Position numbers and translations under genes: made by a program | Assembly: GCA_023381555.1 (NCBI GenBank) | Contig: JAMCRV010000087.1 | Location: 1 to 47,526 of the forward strand | Direction: 5' to 3' | DNA from: Chloroflexota bacterium | GTDB taxonomy: Bacteria > Chloroflexota > UBA4733 | DNA length: 47,526 nt | Notes under the pieces: generated by a model | Told to the model about the DNA's origin: nothing | Databases searched by the model: none | The model's input: the letters and a program-made list of their open reading frames with translations, nothing else | Shown: piece by piece, positions 1 to 10,296 of the stretch | Position numbering within the stretch: the stretch's first letter is position 1 | Layout: every line of letters starts with the position of its first letter

Positions 1-529
1 GCTTGACATCACGTTCGAAGTAGAGGCCGCGAAGCGTTGCGCTCAGCACCTCACAATATTGGTTGACGCGTAAGGCGAACCGTTCCGGATCGATCACCGA
101 GATGGCAGGAGTAACCCATTGGTACAGTGGCCAGTCTCCCACGACGACGGAAACCTGATGCGGTAGGATTCCCTGGGTCACCGCGATACTACGGCGACCA
201 TCGCGACCAACGATGAAGACAGCACCGTCGTCTTGAATAGCAACAAGCTCTTGATGCAACGACTGCACTGGGGGCCGAAGCACGAGTGAAGAAGGCGTCG
301 TGAGCGTCTGAATGAGATTGCCCACCGACGGCAAGCGAGCGAAGATCAGACCGACCAAACCGGCTTCCCGCCCATCGCTGTGAGCAAACACAAGGGTGCG
401 GCTCAGCGGTGAAGGAAGCGGAGCATCGGCCACCAGCGCCACGCTGACCCCATTCAAGAGCCACCGGCGCAACGCTTCGACCTGCTCGACCACGACCTCC
501 GGCTGGGACGATGAAGGAATGACGGACAT
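1..529 (-). CDS. Hypothetical protein, 3'-truncated by window edge (MSVIPSSSQPEVVVEQVEALRRWLLNG...)
   Basis: Manual translation gives an ATG at 529, 41 bp after the queA stop, and an open frame of 176 codons to the window edge. It is absent from the ORF track because there is no stop. No family recognised. Confidence 0.6.
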   Translation of the reverse strand, partial: MSVIPSSSQPEVVVEQVEALRRWLLNGVSVALVADAPLPSPLSRTLVFAHSDGREAGLVGLIFARLPSVGNLIQTLTTPSSLVLRPPVQSLHQELVAIQDDGAVFIVGRDGRRSIAVTQGILPHQVSVVVGDWPLYQWVTPAISVIDPERFALRVNQYCEVLSATLRGLYFERDVK

Positions 530-570
530 TGACCTTGCTCCTCTTCCAGTTGCGCCTCAGAATCAAGCCC

Positions 571-1596
571 CTACTCGATCAGCATTGCATCACCGAGACT
601 GAAGAATCGGTAGCGTTCTGCAACTGCAACGTGATAGGCCTCCAAAATGAGGTCATGGCTCGCAAAGGCCGAAACGAGCATGAGTAGAGTAGAACGCGGT
701 AAGTGAAAGTTAGTAATTAACGCGTCGACCACGTGAAACTGAAACCCTGGTGTAATGAACAGCCGGGTACTCCGCGGCCCCGAGCGCAGCCCACTAGGCG
801 ACCACGCGCTCTCGAGCGCTCGGGCAGTTGTTGTGCCCACAGCAACAACGCGACACCCTTGCTGTTTCGCACAGTTGATGCGCATCGCAGTCTTCTCCGT
901 GATGCTGTAGCGCTCCTCGTGCATCGTGTGGTCCTCGATGCGTTGGGCACGCACCGGAGCGAAGGTTCCTGGTCCCACGTGCAAGGTTACGAAGAGCCGC
1001 TCGACACCAGCATCGTCAAGCTCATTCAGGACCTGCGGAGTGAAGTGGAGTCCAGCCGTAGGTGCGGCTACAGAACCCTCTTCCCGAGAGTACACCGTCT
1101 GATAGCGCTCTGGGTCAGAAAGCTCTCGGTGAATGTAAGATGGAAGCGGCAACACGCCAGACTCTGTCATGACTTGTTCAAACGAATATTGACCGTCAAG
1201 CTGTAGCACACTGAGACCATCATCACACCGTGCCACGACGCGAACCGTCGCCGCCTCTCCAGATCGACCGAGCAGGACGTGAACTTGGGCTCCGGGAGCA
1301 AGACGGGGGCGCGTCATTGCCAGCCACGAGTCGCCTTCCTGCCGTTCGATGAGCAGGAGTTCAACACGACCTCCGGTTGTCTTCCTGCCAGAGAGTCGGG
1401 CAGGTATGACCCGAGAGTCGTTTGCTACCAGGAGGTCCCCCCGTCTCAGTAGGCAGGGAAGATGCCGGAACAATTCGTGGCGTAACGTTCCGCGCTCGCG
1501 ATTGACGACGAGCAGGCGGGCAGCGTCCCGCTCTTGGAGGGGCTCCTGAGCGATCAGCTCGGTCGGAAGGTCGTAGTCGAAGTCATCAACGTTCAT
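571..1596 (-). CDS. queA: S-adenosylmethionine:tRNA ribosyltransferase-isomerase (queuosine biosynthesis)
   Basis: Motifs FDYDLPxELIAQxP, NDSRVIPARL, YQTVY, GSVAAPTAGLHFT, TLHVGPGTF, AVGTT, TNFHLPRSTLLMLVSAF, YRFFSLGDAM. Confidence 0.97.
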   Translation of the reverse strand: MNVDDFDYDLPTELIAQEPLQERDAARLLVVNRERGTLRHELFRHLPCLLRRGDLLVANDSRVIPARLSGRKTTGGRVELLLIERQEGDSWLAMTRPRLAPGAQVHVLLGRSGEAATVRVVARCDDGLSVLQLDGQYSFEQVMTESGVLPLPSYIHRELSDPERYQTVYSREEGSVAAPTAGLHFTPQVLNELDDAGVERLFVTLHVGPGTFAPVRAQRIEDHTMHEERYSITEKTAMRINCAKQQGCRVVAVGTTTARALESAWSPSGLRSGPRSTRLFITPGFQFHVVDALITNFHLPRSTLLMLVSAFASHDLILEAYHVAVAERYRFFSLGDAMLIE

Positions 1597-1624
1597 GCCA
1601 TCCTCAGTATCGGCCAGATCGCGC

Positions 1625-3604
1625 TCAATGGGTAATCACAAGAATCTGGGCCAGGTCAGAGGAAGGTGGCTGCCCTGTAACCTGGGGTCGAAGGTTGATG
1701 AACTGGCCCGGCTTGGGCTGATAGTAGAGCAGGACATCTAGAGTGTACCGACCGTGGGGAAGCCCCTCGAGCGAGAGTTCGTAGTAATCTGCTACAACTT
1801 CCCCCTCAGCCCAAGTTGAGGTGGGGGCGAGGCCGTACACTGGGCTCGAGCGGTCTTTCGTCCTGACAACCTTGCCCTCATTGCTCAGCAATCGCAGTGA
1901 CACGGAGAGATTGTGGGTCTGCGTCCGGTCCGCACGCCACACCAGTAGGACCGGCAGGATGGGAGAGCTACGCGGCAGCGTCGATACGGTTGCGCCGCGC
2001 TCGTCAAACAGCTGGTATCCCACAAGGGAAAAGCCTCCCGTAAAGCGCACGGGATGGACCACAAGGGGCGACGGTAGTTGGAAGCGTGGCTTGCTCGCCA
2101 GACCGATGAGCGGTCCCACAGCCGAAGGATGATGTCCTGCCGCCCACGGCACGCTCCGGCCCAGCACGATAGGTAGATCGCCATACCGTTTCCGCAGCTC
2201 GCTGTAGCTCAGGCTAGACAGCGAGCCGTTCCCAAAGTCGATATGTATGTGGGGGAGGGTCCGGCTCACCAGTTTCGCGTACCAAGCAATTGTGGCCTGC
2301 TCCCAGTCAGCTGCCACAACGGCGTCGCGAGGAAAGTAGGGTAGAGCGGCGGTGATGAGCCGATGCCCTCGCCATCCGGCGGTGATATGCTGATGGTAGG
2401 CGTTAAGAGTCGCGTGCGCTGACGCGACCTGGGAGGTGTAGGCTGTGCGAGCAAGCTGAGCGCTCAGCACGAGCCCAGCAGCGAAGACAAGAGACGTCGC
2501 CACGATTCGTGGCATCCCCACCCAAGCAAGGACTGTCACACACGACTCTATGCCCCACCCGACGAAGACAGCGGAAATGACGTAGACGGGGATCAGATAG
2601 ACCACATTGAGCTCATTGCCAATGTTCCAGTTCACCACCTGTGCGCTGATCAGCGCTCCGAACAGCGCCAGGGAGAGTGTCTCGGGGCGCCGGCGCAGAG
2701 CCCCACCAATCAGCCCGATCGCACCCAGCGGCCAGAGCCACCCCAAGCTCACGCGCAAAGTCTCCCCCAACAGGAGTGCACGCCCCCACCATTCACTAGG
2801 GGGCACACTCAAGAGTGATCGGGTCAGCTGGGGCGCAAAGACGAGATCCACGAAGCGATTCCAGGTCGTGGGATGGAACTGGTCGTATGGTGCGCCTAGA
2901 GCAGAGCGAATAGGAAGATACAGGTACAGGAGCAGCGGAGCCACAAAGAGCACTACGCTCTTGAGAGCCGTGTAGATGGAGGGCCGGCTGCGCGGCAGAA
3001 AGGGCGCATAGACTGCGAGCGAACCCGCGAAGAACATGCTGGAGCGGTGGTGGGCTAGGGCGAGCCCAAAGGTGAGGCACAAGAGCAGCCACCACCGCCT
3101 AGCTAGAGTTTGGGATGAAGAACCTCCAGAACGCACCGCTTGCCCCCAGCGGAACATCACCAAGAAGAGCAGCGCGGTGAAGGTGCCAGCTGCCGCCCGC
3201 ACACCTGCAATCGTAGACCACCGCCAGTCGAGCGGGATTACGGCGACCGTGAGACCCGCTATGACACTGGCCGCAACGGTGCCGCCCATCACACGGACAA
3301 CGGCAAATACTAGAGCACCAGTCATTGCGCCGAAGACCGCAGAGAGGCTGTTCAGCCTTATTGCTGGTGTACCCACAACAATGACGTGACTCCACAACCA
3401 CCCGAGGAGGGTATAGAGCGGGTAGCCGGTGTAATGAGGTATCCCAAGCACGTAGGGCACGACTTGGAACTCACCCGCGTCACCGCCGACCTCTCCAGGA
3501 GCGAGGGTGCGAAGGTAGATGGTGAGAGCGAACAAGGCGACACATGCCGCTGCGGCCGGTGGAGAGTATGCGGCGAGCTTAGCTGGCTTCTTGATGGTAC
3601 TCAA
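1625..3604 (-). CDS. DUF2723 / TMEM260-like GT-C membrane glycosyltransferase with C-terminal beta-sandwich domain
   Basis: N-terminal YLRTLAPG..GDAGEFQ....LGIPHYTGYPLYTLLG signature, GLALAHH, and many TM segments. The soluble C-terminal domain has PTSTWAEGEVVADYY...GRYTL. Confidence 0.8.
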   Translation of the reverse strand: MSTIKKPAKLAAYSPPAAAACVALFALTIYLRTLAPGEVGGDAGEFQVVPYVLGIPHYTGYPLYTLLGWLWSHVIVVGTPAIRLNSLSAVFGAMTGALVFAVVRVMGGTVAASVIAGLTVAVIPLDWRWSTIAGVRAAAGTFTALLFLVMFRWGQAVRSGGSSSQTLARRWWLLLCLTFGLALAHHRSSMFFAGSLAVYAPFLPRSRPSIYTALKSVVLFVAPLLLYLYLPIRSALGAPYDQFHPTTWNRFVDLVFAPQLTRSLLSVPPSEWWGRALLLGETLRVSLGWLWPLGAIGLIGGALRRRPETLSLALFGALISAQVVNWNIGNELNVVYLIPVYVISAVFVGWGIESCVTVLAWVGMPRIVATSLVFAAGLVLSAQLARTAYTSQVASAHATLNAYHQHITAGWRGHRLITAALPYFPRDAVVAADWEQATIAWYAKLVSRTLPHIHIDFGNGSLSSLSYSELRKRYGDLPIVLGRSVPWAAGHHPSAVGPLIGLASKPRFQLPSPLVVHPVRFTGGFSLVGYQLFDERGATVSTLPRSSPILPVLLVWRADRTQTHNLSVSLRLLSNEGKVVRTKDRSSPVYGLAPTSTWAEGEVVADYYELSLEGLPHGRYTLDVLLYYQPKPGQFINLRPQVTGQPPSSDLAQILVITH

Positions 3605-5908
3605 CTACTTCACCATCCCCACCGTCACGTTGCCAAGGGATACCAGGCTTTGTCCGTTGGCGAGCGTCAGCCGCTGACCAGTTCTTGATACGTACACTCC
3701 AAGCGAAACTGGATAAGTGCCGGGCGGCAGCGCAGAAGGAATCGGTACCGTGATGTCATCGGTAACCGTTTCGTGGGCCAGCCACTGCGTTGTCGGGAAA
3801 GCACCATCAAGCGGTGGAGAATCCTTCTGAGCGAGCGGAGGCTTAGTAGGCGGGCCGACGTGGACGAATACGGTGTAGTCCGCTGCAGGGTGACGCTTCG
3901 CGTACCACACGACTTGCGTGTGGAGCGTCCCGCCAGGCAACACGACCGCTGGAGTAAGGCGTGCACGAACCAGCACCAGTGTACTGGCAAAGGATACTCC
4001 GAGTGGCTCAGGTGTGCGAGCAGCACCAGGCTGTTCGACGATGACGCGCCCTACAGTCGCTGGGTTCACCGGGACGCCCGATGGTGCTCGTGCAACCAAG
4101 GGGCTGCTTGGCTCACCGACCGGGTAGACGATGACCTGAAGGAAGACCGGGACAGGAGTCGTGAGGTGCTCTGACAGCCGTACAGGGACGTGATCAATCA
4201 GCTCGTATCCAACCGGCCAGCGCGAGGTCAACACCTTGCCTCCGCCCGGAAAGGCATCGTTCTGCCGGACGCCGGCTGTGGCGTCCTTTCCTGTTGGGTC
4301 GAAGGCACGGACCGACACCATCAAATTCTGAGTGATCGGTCCAGTCGCCATCCAGTCTAGTCCTACGAGAAAACGATCTCCTGGTCGAAGAGCACTCTGT
4401 GGAAGCTGCACCGAACGAAGCTCCAGATTCCCGTAGTGCCAGTCCAGATACTGGCCTGTAGGCCCACTGGACGCACGAACGAGCACCGGTGTAGCATAGG
4501 CGGGTAGGATGGCGAGCGGCAGATCGGCCAAAGTGATGGCTGCAAGCAACGAGGAAAGAACAGCTACAGCCAATCCACCACCTCGGCGCAGGAACGTGAG
4601 GAGCCCTGAGCTCAGGAGAACCGCAGCCGAGCCAATTACGGGGTAGAGAAGACGTCCTGATGATGCCTCTGTCGACGCGGTCCAACGGATGAGTAGGAGA
4701 AACTCCAGGACGAGTGACGCAGCGAGGAGGGTAATGTGCTCCGCGCTGCCGCCGAACTCCAGCCTCCGGCGCCCCGTGAGATGGCTATACAGGATGAAGG
4801 CTAACCCTACCCCACTCAGAGCCGCTAGCACGTCATAGACCGTGTACTGCCAGGCCGGAAGCAGGACGTCGTAGGCGCCGAGCACGCCCCAGAAACCAAT
4901 CCAGATACCAGGAAGTTCTTTCAAGAGCTCCTGGAAACTCAGCGGCGTAGAGCGTCCTCCTGCGAGCGCTACAAACTTGGTCAGTCCAAGAGGATCACCG
5001 TAGAGCACCCAGTTGCGCGCAAACCACCATCCCGTCAGTGCCACGACTGGGATAGCCACCAACACGTACCATCGAGCGAGCGCACGCCAAGAACGCTGAC
5101 GCCAGGCTTGCCGGGCGAGCACGACGGCGGTGGGAAGCCCTAGCGATGCCACGCTGAGCTTGGTGAGCGTCGCCAGCCCCAGGGAGAATCCAAGCAGAAG
5201 CGTATCAACTGTCGTGACAGCTCGTCTCATCAACACACGGGCCAGCAAGAAGAGGATGATCGTCCCGAGCAGAATAGCCAAGCTGTCGTTATCGACTGAG
5301 GATGTGATGAAGACGAACATCGGGTTGAATGCAACGAGGCTTACGGCGAGTGCCGCGCCGCTGATACTCTCCTTGAGACTGATTCGTGCTAGGTTCCAGA
5401 GCACCGTCAGGGCAAGTGCACCGAAGAGAATAGAGATAAACCGGTGAATGTGGACAGCCAAAGGTAGTCCGTGCCAGGGAAAACTCTCCGCATTCGTGTG
5501 AACAAAGAGATTCTTGTGCCAGTTGCTACGGCTGGGGATCCCAATGTCTGGGTTCGGGCTTGGCATTTCCACAGTAGCAGGATTCGGCTCGTGCAACATC
5601 CACGTCGCTGCAGCTTCGATGAGATAGTAGAGAGGTGGCTGACCGGCTTCTTGGGCCGGAACGAGCAGCTTTCCCTTGTCCGCTGTGCGAAGAACCGGAA
5701 GTCCACCACCCGATGCGATTGTCCATACCGCCGCCTCGTGCCAGTTCTCATCACTCGACTCCAGAATGGGCATGGTGATGCTGAAATCCACGGCCAGGGC
5801 AACGTAGGCAACGAGAAGAGCGATGAGCGCCAGCCTGCTCGAGGTGTGCGAATGGGGCGCGGAACTTGGCTGGGTAATGTCACGATCACCAGCGGTCTCA
5901 ATGCGCAC
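3605..5908 (-). CDS. GT-C (ArnT/PMT-like, DUF2142-like) membrane glycosyltransferase with two C-terminal beta-domains
   Basis: DExxH in the first loop (SDENWH), QPPLYY, DNDSL, GLATLTK, WWFARNWVLYGDPLG and GRLLYP, with about 12 TM segments. Two repeats of the D..P..G...T..W domain follow. Confidence 0.78.
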   Translation of the reverse strand: MRIETAGDRDITQPSSAPHSHTSSRLALIALLVAYVALAVDFSITMPILESSDENWHEAAVWTIASGGGLPVLRTADKGKLLVPAQEAGQPPLYYLIEAAATWMLHEPNPATVEMPSPNPDIGIPSRSNWHKNLFVHTNAESFPWHGLPLAVHIHRFISILFGALALTVLWNLARISLKESISGAALAVSLVAFNPMFVFITSSVDNDSLAILLGTIILFLLARVLMRRAVTTVDTLLLGFSLGLATLTKLSVASLGLPTAVVLARQAWRQRSWRALARWYVLVAIPVVALTGWWFARNWVLYGDPLGLTKFVALAGGRSTPLSFQELLKELPGIWIGFWGVLGAYDVLLPAWQYTVYDVLAALSGVGLAFILYSHLTGRRRLEFGGSAEHITLLAASLVLEFLLLIRWTASTEASSGRLLYPVIGSAAVLLSSGLLTFLRRGGGLAVAVLSSLLAAITLADLPLAILPAYATPVLVRASSGPTGQYLDWHYGNLELRSVQLPQSALRPGDRFLVGLDWMATGPITQNLMVSVRAFDPTGKDATAGVRQNDAFPGGGKVLTSRWPVGYELIDHVPVRLSEHLTTPVPVFLQVIVYPVGEPSSPLVARAPSGVPVNPATVGRVIVEQPGAARTPEPLGVSFASTLVLVRARLTPAVVLPGGTLHTQVVWYAKRHPAADYTVFVHVGPPTKPPLAQKDSPPLDGAFPTTQWLAHETVTDDITVPIPSALPPGTYPVSLGVYVSRTGQRLTLANGQSLVSLGNVTVGMVK

Positions 5909-8900
5909 TCTTCGATCCCACCGTCACTGTGCCTAGGGTCAGGGTCGGTTCGCGCGAAACGGTATATCTCTGACCAGTGCGGCCATTGTAGAGAATGAGA
6001 ATGAGCTGATAGTTTCCTGGAGCGAGACTGGACACGTCGATGCGGTGAGAGCTCTCGAGGATCTCATTCGCGACCCAGCCCGCCGACGGCGCGTTATTTT
6101 CCCCCACTGCGCTATCTGATTGGGCGATGAGGGCACCTTGTGAGTTGAGGATCTGCACGGACACCTTTAGGAGATCGCTCGTCGCACCAGGAACACGCCA
6201 GAACGCTGTCACATCAAGCTTCCGCTGCACGTGAAGGTTACTCAGCTTCGAAGGAACACCGTCAGCACGGAGCGTCAAGCCAACCAGAGTCATCCCATCG
6301 CTGAACCGATCTCCCAAAATTAGCGCGGGATGGGCGGCAAATACGTGCGGCCGTGAGGTAATCTTCAGCGTTCCTACGACAGCGCTGGCCAGAGTTCCAT
6401 CAGTGTGGACGACTGTCACGCCGACTTGGGCTAGGCCGGGGGGAGCACCTGGAGGCAACTGAACATCGAACCACTGCTGTTCCGTTTCGCCAGCTCTCCA
6501 GGCTTTCGCGGGAAACGTGGCGCCGCCCAACGGCTGATCTGTTGCGGCGAGCTTGACACCGCGCTGCGCGATAGTCACCGCAACTCGGGCAATTGGCGGA
6601 GCGGCCTGGGGAGACTGGATGAGGAGCGCAACACCCACTCTTGATCCTGGGTCTGCGGCCGTCGGGAGAGAACCGACTGCAACGTTCAACCCACCGACGG
6701 CCATTGCCGGAGCAGTGAGCGCTGCTGAGACAGCAGGAGGCAAGACTCGCACCTCTCCAAGGGTGAGCTCATCACCTATCGCGGCACCTTGCGGAGAGAC
6801 GGCAGGGAGCGGCCCTCCAGGACCGTCGAGCCCAAGATGTACTTGATAATCTCCTGGAAGCAGTGTTGGTGGCACCCTTAGTGAAAGCACCTCGCGCACA
6901 CTGGAACCCGAACTCCAGAATGGACTCGGAAAATAGCCACCGGCTGGAAGTGCATCGCGCGCCACAACGGTCCTGCCCGCAGTATCTACCAGGTGCACCA
7001 CCTCTGTCAGATTCTGACGCTTCCAGTGTTCACTGACGTTCCATTGCCACGAGAGTGTCAGCATTGCACCAGCGCGCACGCTTTGCGGCACCGCCGCATC
7101 CAGAGGCCGTGCCGCACCATGCCAGCCAGCGTGTGGCGTTGTAGATGCCCTAGTCGTGGAAGGCAGCACCGCAAGCGGCCCCAACTCCAAGGAGCCATTT
7201 ACCGGTAAGAGATCCACGAAGCTTGCTCGAGACAGCTTCCACGGGATCACTGTGGAGCTACTATCCGTAGCGCTCAGCCGGACTGTGTACAGTCCCGCGG
7301 GCAAGTGTGAAGGCAACGAAGCTGCCACGTGGACGTGGTGGGGTCCAGCGATCACAGGAACGGACCACGTGGCCCAGACCGTGCCGCTCGGATCAAGCAA
7401 CTGAGCCAGTAGCTGGCCATTGCCGCTACTGTGCAGAAGAAAGGTCATGGCAAACGTGTGCCCCGCCTGCACGGCCGGGAGGCCAGCGCTGACTCCTGGG
7501 GTGCTCCAAGCGTAGCCTTGAAATTCTATACTCCCGATGCTCGCGTCCAGAGGGGCAAGCGACCCGGTACGCTCTACGGACGCTCGAAGTGCCACCACCG
7601 CAAGAGAAGTGGCCGCAGTGAGTAGCACCACGACGGAAAGCGTCACAAGCCACACGTCGCCACCAATATGCCGTATCGCTTCGCCCCCTGGGAGACGCAA
7701 CGCGGCACGGAGGAACCAGCAGGCCGCAATCAGAAAGGCGACGAGTGTCAGCACAGTGATGGCGTCTGCGAGACGCACCACATTCGTACCGTCATAGGTA
7801 AGCTGGAGAGTGTGAGCGCCCGCTGGCAAGCGTACTTGCACAAGTCCGGACTGCGGTGCTGAGGACACCGGCAATCTCCGGCTCGCATCTCTGACGACCC
7901 ATCCAGGAGCGGCGAGCACCGGCAACGTCACCACAGCAGTGGAAGGCTCGTCGAGGGTGAACTTCGGATGAGTGCTCGGTGCTAGTGACAACTGAACATC
8001 GGCGATTGGGTCTGCGGGTGGCTTCCAGCCGATGGCCTGCTCTAATGACCAGGCAGAAACGCGCGCCCTGTGGGTGACTGATGGCGGGAGATACTCCCCC
8101 GCGGCCGATGTGCCGGTGAGATTATATGTCATTTCGAACTGGGCTATTCCTGCCGCGCTGTTGATGTTCGCTGGAACATGGAAGCGGAGCGGGTGAAGCA
8201 GCGCTAAGGACGAGATCACTGTGACGGCCAGCATGGCAGGTGCTACGACTGCTCGCCATCGGGGTTTCAACGCCGAACAAGTGGCCGCACCACAGAACGA
8301 CGCTGCCAGCGCCGCTATCGAGAGCCACCGCCAGGGAAACTGCGCGAGTTGGAGTGGTTTGAAGAACATCCACATTGGTGCAGATACGGCAGTACACGCC
8401 AGCAGAGATCCAAATCCAACGACCAAGAACACGAGGAGTCTGGCTGTGGCTCGACTACGGGCCTGACGGAGTGCGAAGAGCACTGTGGGCACCGCCAGAA
8501 CGAGTGCCGCGCTCTGCACAATGCCGAACTGGTATCCCGGCTGATCGCCGAACGAGAATACCGGTGCATAGGTCTGCAAGAGACCGTGGGCCAAGAGCTG
8601 GGCAGGGGTGACAAAGTTTGCGCGGTAGTTGTAGAAATGCAGGAGCTTACCCAGCGTTGCCGCCGGGGCACTGGCAACGCCTGGTAACCAGCAGGTCGCT
8701 GCCAGCAGGGCGGCAGCCACAGCAGCACCCGTCAAGGCTGCAATTCGCTTGATAGCGGCACTCACGTGACGGTCGCAGACCTCGAGTCCGGCATCGAGGA
8801 GAAGAACGGGAGCTATCAGTAGCGCCGAGAGCAAGTGTGTGGAGAGAAGGAGTGCTCCGACGAGAGCAACAACGAGACCGCGCCCGAGTGAGACCTTCTG

Positions 8901-9488
8901 GGCGAGGCGCTCGGCCGCAAAGAGCAATGCCGGCAGCAGCGCCTGGGCCAGGAACTCCGCAAGATCTCCCCGGAAGTACAAGTTGACCAAGTGATAGGGA
9001 GCCAGAGTGTAGAGAGCCGCCCCAATGGCACTCGACCATGAGTCGAAGTGGGATCGCAGCCACGCGTAACTCAGAATCGCGCTCGCCACCATCCCCATCG
9101 CTTCTTCGGCGCCCATAGCCTGCACTGGAGTCAGACGAAACAGCTCGAGGCTCACTCCCAAGGCGTACGGCAGATACGGCGTGAAGACAAACACAGGGTA
9201 GCCATAGCCAAGGTAGAAGTCAGGGGCCCAGCGGGGAAAGAGATTGGTGAGCGACCAAATGCGACCAAACTCTACGATCCGCAAGAGGTGGAACATACCG
9301 TCGCTTGTAGCTGGAAAGCCACTCCTGAGGAGCGGCACGAGACCGAGAAGGCTAACGGCGGCGACAGCCAGAGAGGGGAAGAACTCAGCGAGCGTTCGCG
9401 ATCTCACAGACTGGGAGGATGGCTGTGCCAGCCAGCTACTCAGCGAGAGCAAGTGGGCTGAAGTTTGTCGAGTAGTCGAAAGTGTCAA
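5898..9488 (-). CDS. Large GT-C membrane protein (PTPS-related/YfhO-like family) with multiple C-terminal beta-domains
   Basis: SDGMFHLLR, FPRWAPDFYLGYGYPVFVF, APYHLVNLYFRGDLAE, QFPWRWL and GEYLP are typical of the '6-pyruvoyl-tetrahydropterin synthase-related' membrane family. Three to four C-terminal repeats follow. The start codon is uncertain (it overlaps yhhQ). Confidence 0.78.
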   Translation of the reverse strand: MTLSTTRQTSAHLLSLSSWLAQPSSQSVRSRTLAEFFPSLAVAAVSLLGLVPLLRSGFPATSDGMFHLLRIVEFGRIWSLTNLFPRWAPDFYLGYGYPVFVFTPYLPYALGVSLELFRLTPVQAMGAEEAMGMVASAILSYAWLRSHFDSWSSAIGAALYTLAPYHLVNLYFRGDLAEFLAQALLPALLFAAERLAQKVSLGRGLVVALVGALLLSTHLLSALLIAPVLLLDAGLEVCDRHVSAAIKRIAALTGAAVAAALLAATCWLPGVASAPAATLGKLLHFYNYRANFVTPAQLLAHGLLQTYAPVFSFGDQPGYQFGIVQSAALVLAVPTVLFALRQARSRATARLLVFLVVGFGSLLACTAVSAPMWMFFKPLQLAQFPWRWLSIAALAASFCGAATCSALKPRWRAVVAPAMLAVTVISSLALLHPLRFHVPANINSAAGIAQFEMTYNLTGTSAAGEYLPPSVTHRARVSAWSLEQAIGWKPPADPIADVQLSLAPSTHPKFTLDEPSTAVVTLPVLAAPGWVVRDASRRLPVSSAPQSGLVQVRLPAGAHTLQLTYDGTNVVRLADAITVLTLVAFLIAACWFLRAALRLPGGEAIRHIGGDVWLVTLSVVVLLTAATSLAVVALRASVERTGSLAPLDASIGSIEFQGYAWSTPGVSAGLPAVQAGHTFAMTFLLHSSGNGQLLAQLLDPSGTVWATWSVPVIAGPHHVHVAASLPSHLPAGLYTVRLSATDSSSTVIPWKLSRASFVDLLPVNGSLELGPLAVLPSTTRASTTPHAGWHGAARPLDAAVPQSVRAGAMLTLSWQWNVSEHWKRQNLTEVVHLVDTAGRTVVARDALPAGGYFPSPFWSSGSSVREVLSLRVPPTLLPGDYQVHLGLDGPGGPLPAVSPQGAAIGDELTLGEVRVLPPAVSAALTAPAMAVGGLNVAVGSLPTAADPGSRVGVALLIQSPQAAPPIARVAVTIAQRGVKLAATDQPLGGATFPAKAWRAGETEQQWFDVQLPPGAPPGLAQVGVTVVHTDGTLASAVVGTLKITSRPHVFAAHPALILGDRFSDGMTLVGLTLRADGVPSKLSNLHVQRKLDVTAFWRVPGATSDLLKVSVQILNSQGALIAQSDSAVGENNAPSAGWVANEILESSHRIDVSSLAPGNYQLILILYNGRTGQRYTVSREPTLTLGTVTVGSKSAH

Positions 9489-10113
9489 TGCCCTCAGCCC
9501 GCTTCAGCACCGACACCACGAGGTAGGTGACCGGCGTTGCGATGATCTCATAGGCTGACTTGGCAATCCACTGCGAAAGAATTGCCGCGACGATCACCGG
9601 TGAGGGGAGAGTGCCCACGAACGCAAGGGTGACAAAAATCGCTGAATCCAAACCCTGGCCAACTAGTGTCGAGGAGATCGTTCTCGTCCAGAGCCAGCGT
9701 CCTTGGGTGGCAATTTTGAGCTTAGCGAGGACGAAGCTATTGACGAACTCTCCCACCAAATATGCTGCGAACGAAGCTCCAAGGACGCGGGGTGTCGCAC
9801 CCAAGATGGCATTGTAGGCCTGCTGGTCTTTCCAATAAGAGGAAGCCGGAATAGCCCCGCCAACGGAGATGGCAATGACGGCGATGACGTTGCAGGCGAA
9901 TCCAAGCCAGATGATGCGTCTCGTAGTGCTGTATCCGTACACCTCTGTGAGCACGTCACCAAACAGGTAGGAGAGCGGAAAGATGACTATTGCTACGGGC
10001 ACGGTAAGGGGCCCGATGACGCCGATCTTTACAGCGATGATGTTCGAGGTGATGAGTAGGGTGACAAAGAGCGCTGCAATGATCATGAGCCACGGCGACT
10101 GGCGCGCGGTCAC
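9436..10113 (-). CDS. yhhQ: Queuosine precursor transporter (YhhQ/VUT family)
   Basis: SNIIAVK, FPLSYLFGDVLTEVYGY, ASFAAYLVGEFVNS, LWTRTISSTLVGQGLDS, K..YE...TP. GTG start at 10113 is preceded by GGAGG. Confidence 0.9.
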   Translation of the reverse strand: MTARQSPWLMIIAALFVTLLITSNIIAVKIGVIGPLTVPVAIVIFPLSYLFGDVLTEVYGYSTTRRIIWLGFACNVIAVIAISVGGAIPASSYWKDQQAYNAILGATPRVLGASFAAYLVGEFVNSFVLAKLKIATQGRWLWTRTISSTLVGQGLDSAIFVTLAFVGTLPSPVIVAAILSQWIAKSAYEIIATPVTYLVVSVLKRAEGIDTFDYSTNFSPLALAE

Positions 10114-10296
10114 TGCGAAAGCCCCTCCCACACACTGAGTCCACCATGGGGAGTAGTGTACCTGACCGCCTTCTGTGTCTCAGAGACTCTCGTCACCCCG
10201 GAAGCTGCCACTGCACCTGCGCAGGAACCCAGAACCTCCCAACCTTGTGGCAAGGCACATCCATCCGAGACGTATTCTCCAGTCGATTCAGGACGG

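Noticed and set aside
5898-9488. '6-pyruvoyl-tetrahydropterin synthase-related' family name suggesting a QueD function near queA/yhhQ
   Set aside because: The protein is a polytopic GT-C-type membrane protein with no T-fold QueD motif (CxxxHGH). The family name is not evidence of that activity.
10114-10296. Possible preQ1 riboswitch upstream of yhhQ (GAGGTTCTGG on the minus strand)
   Set aside because: No matching P1 partner and no A-rich 3' tail characteristic of preQ1-I. It also does not fit class II/III by eye.
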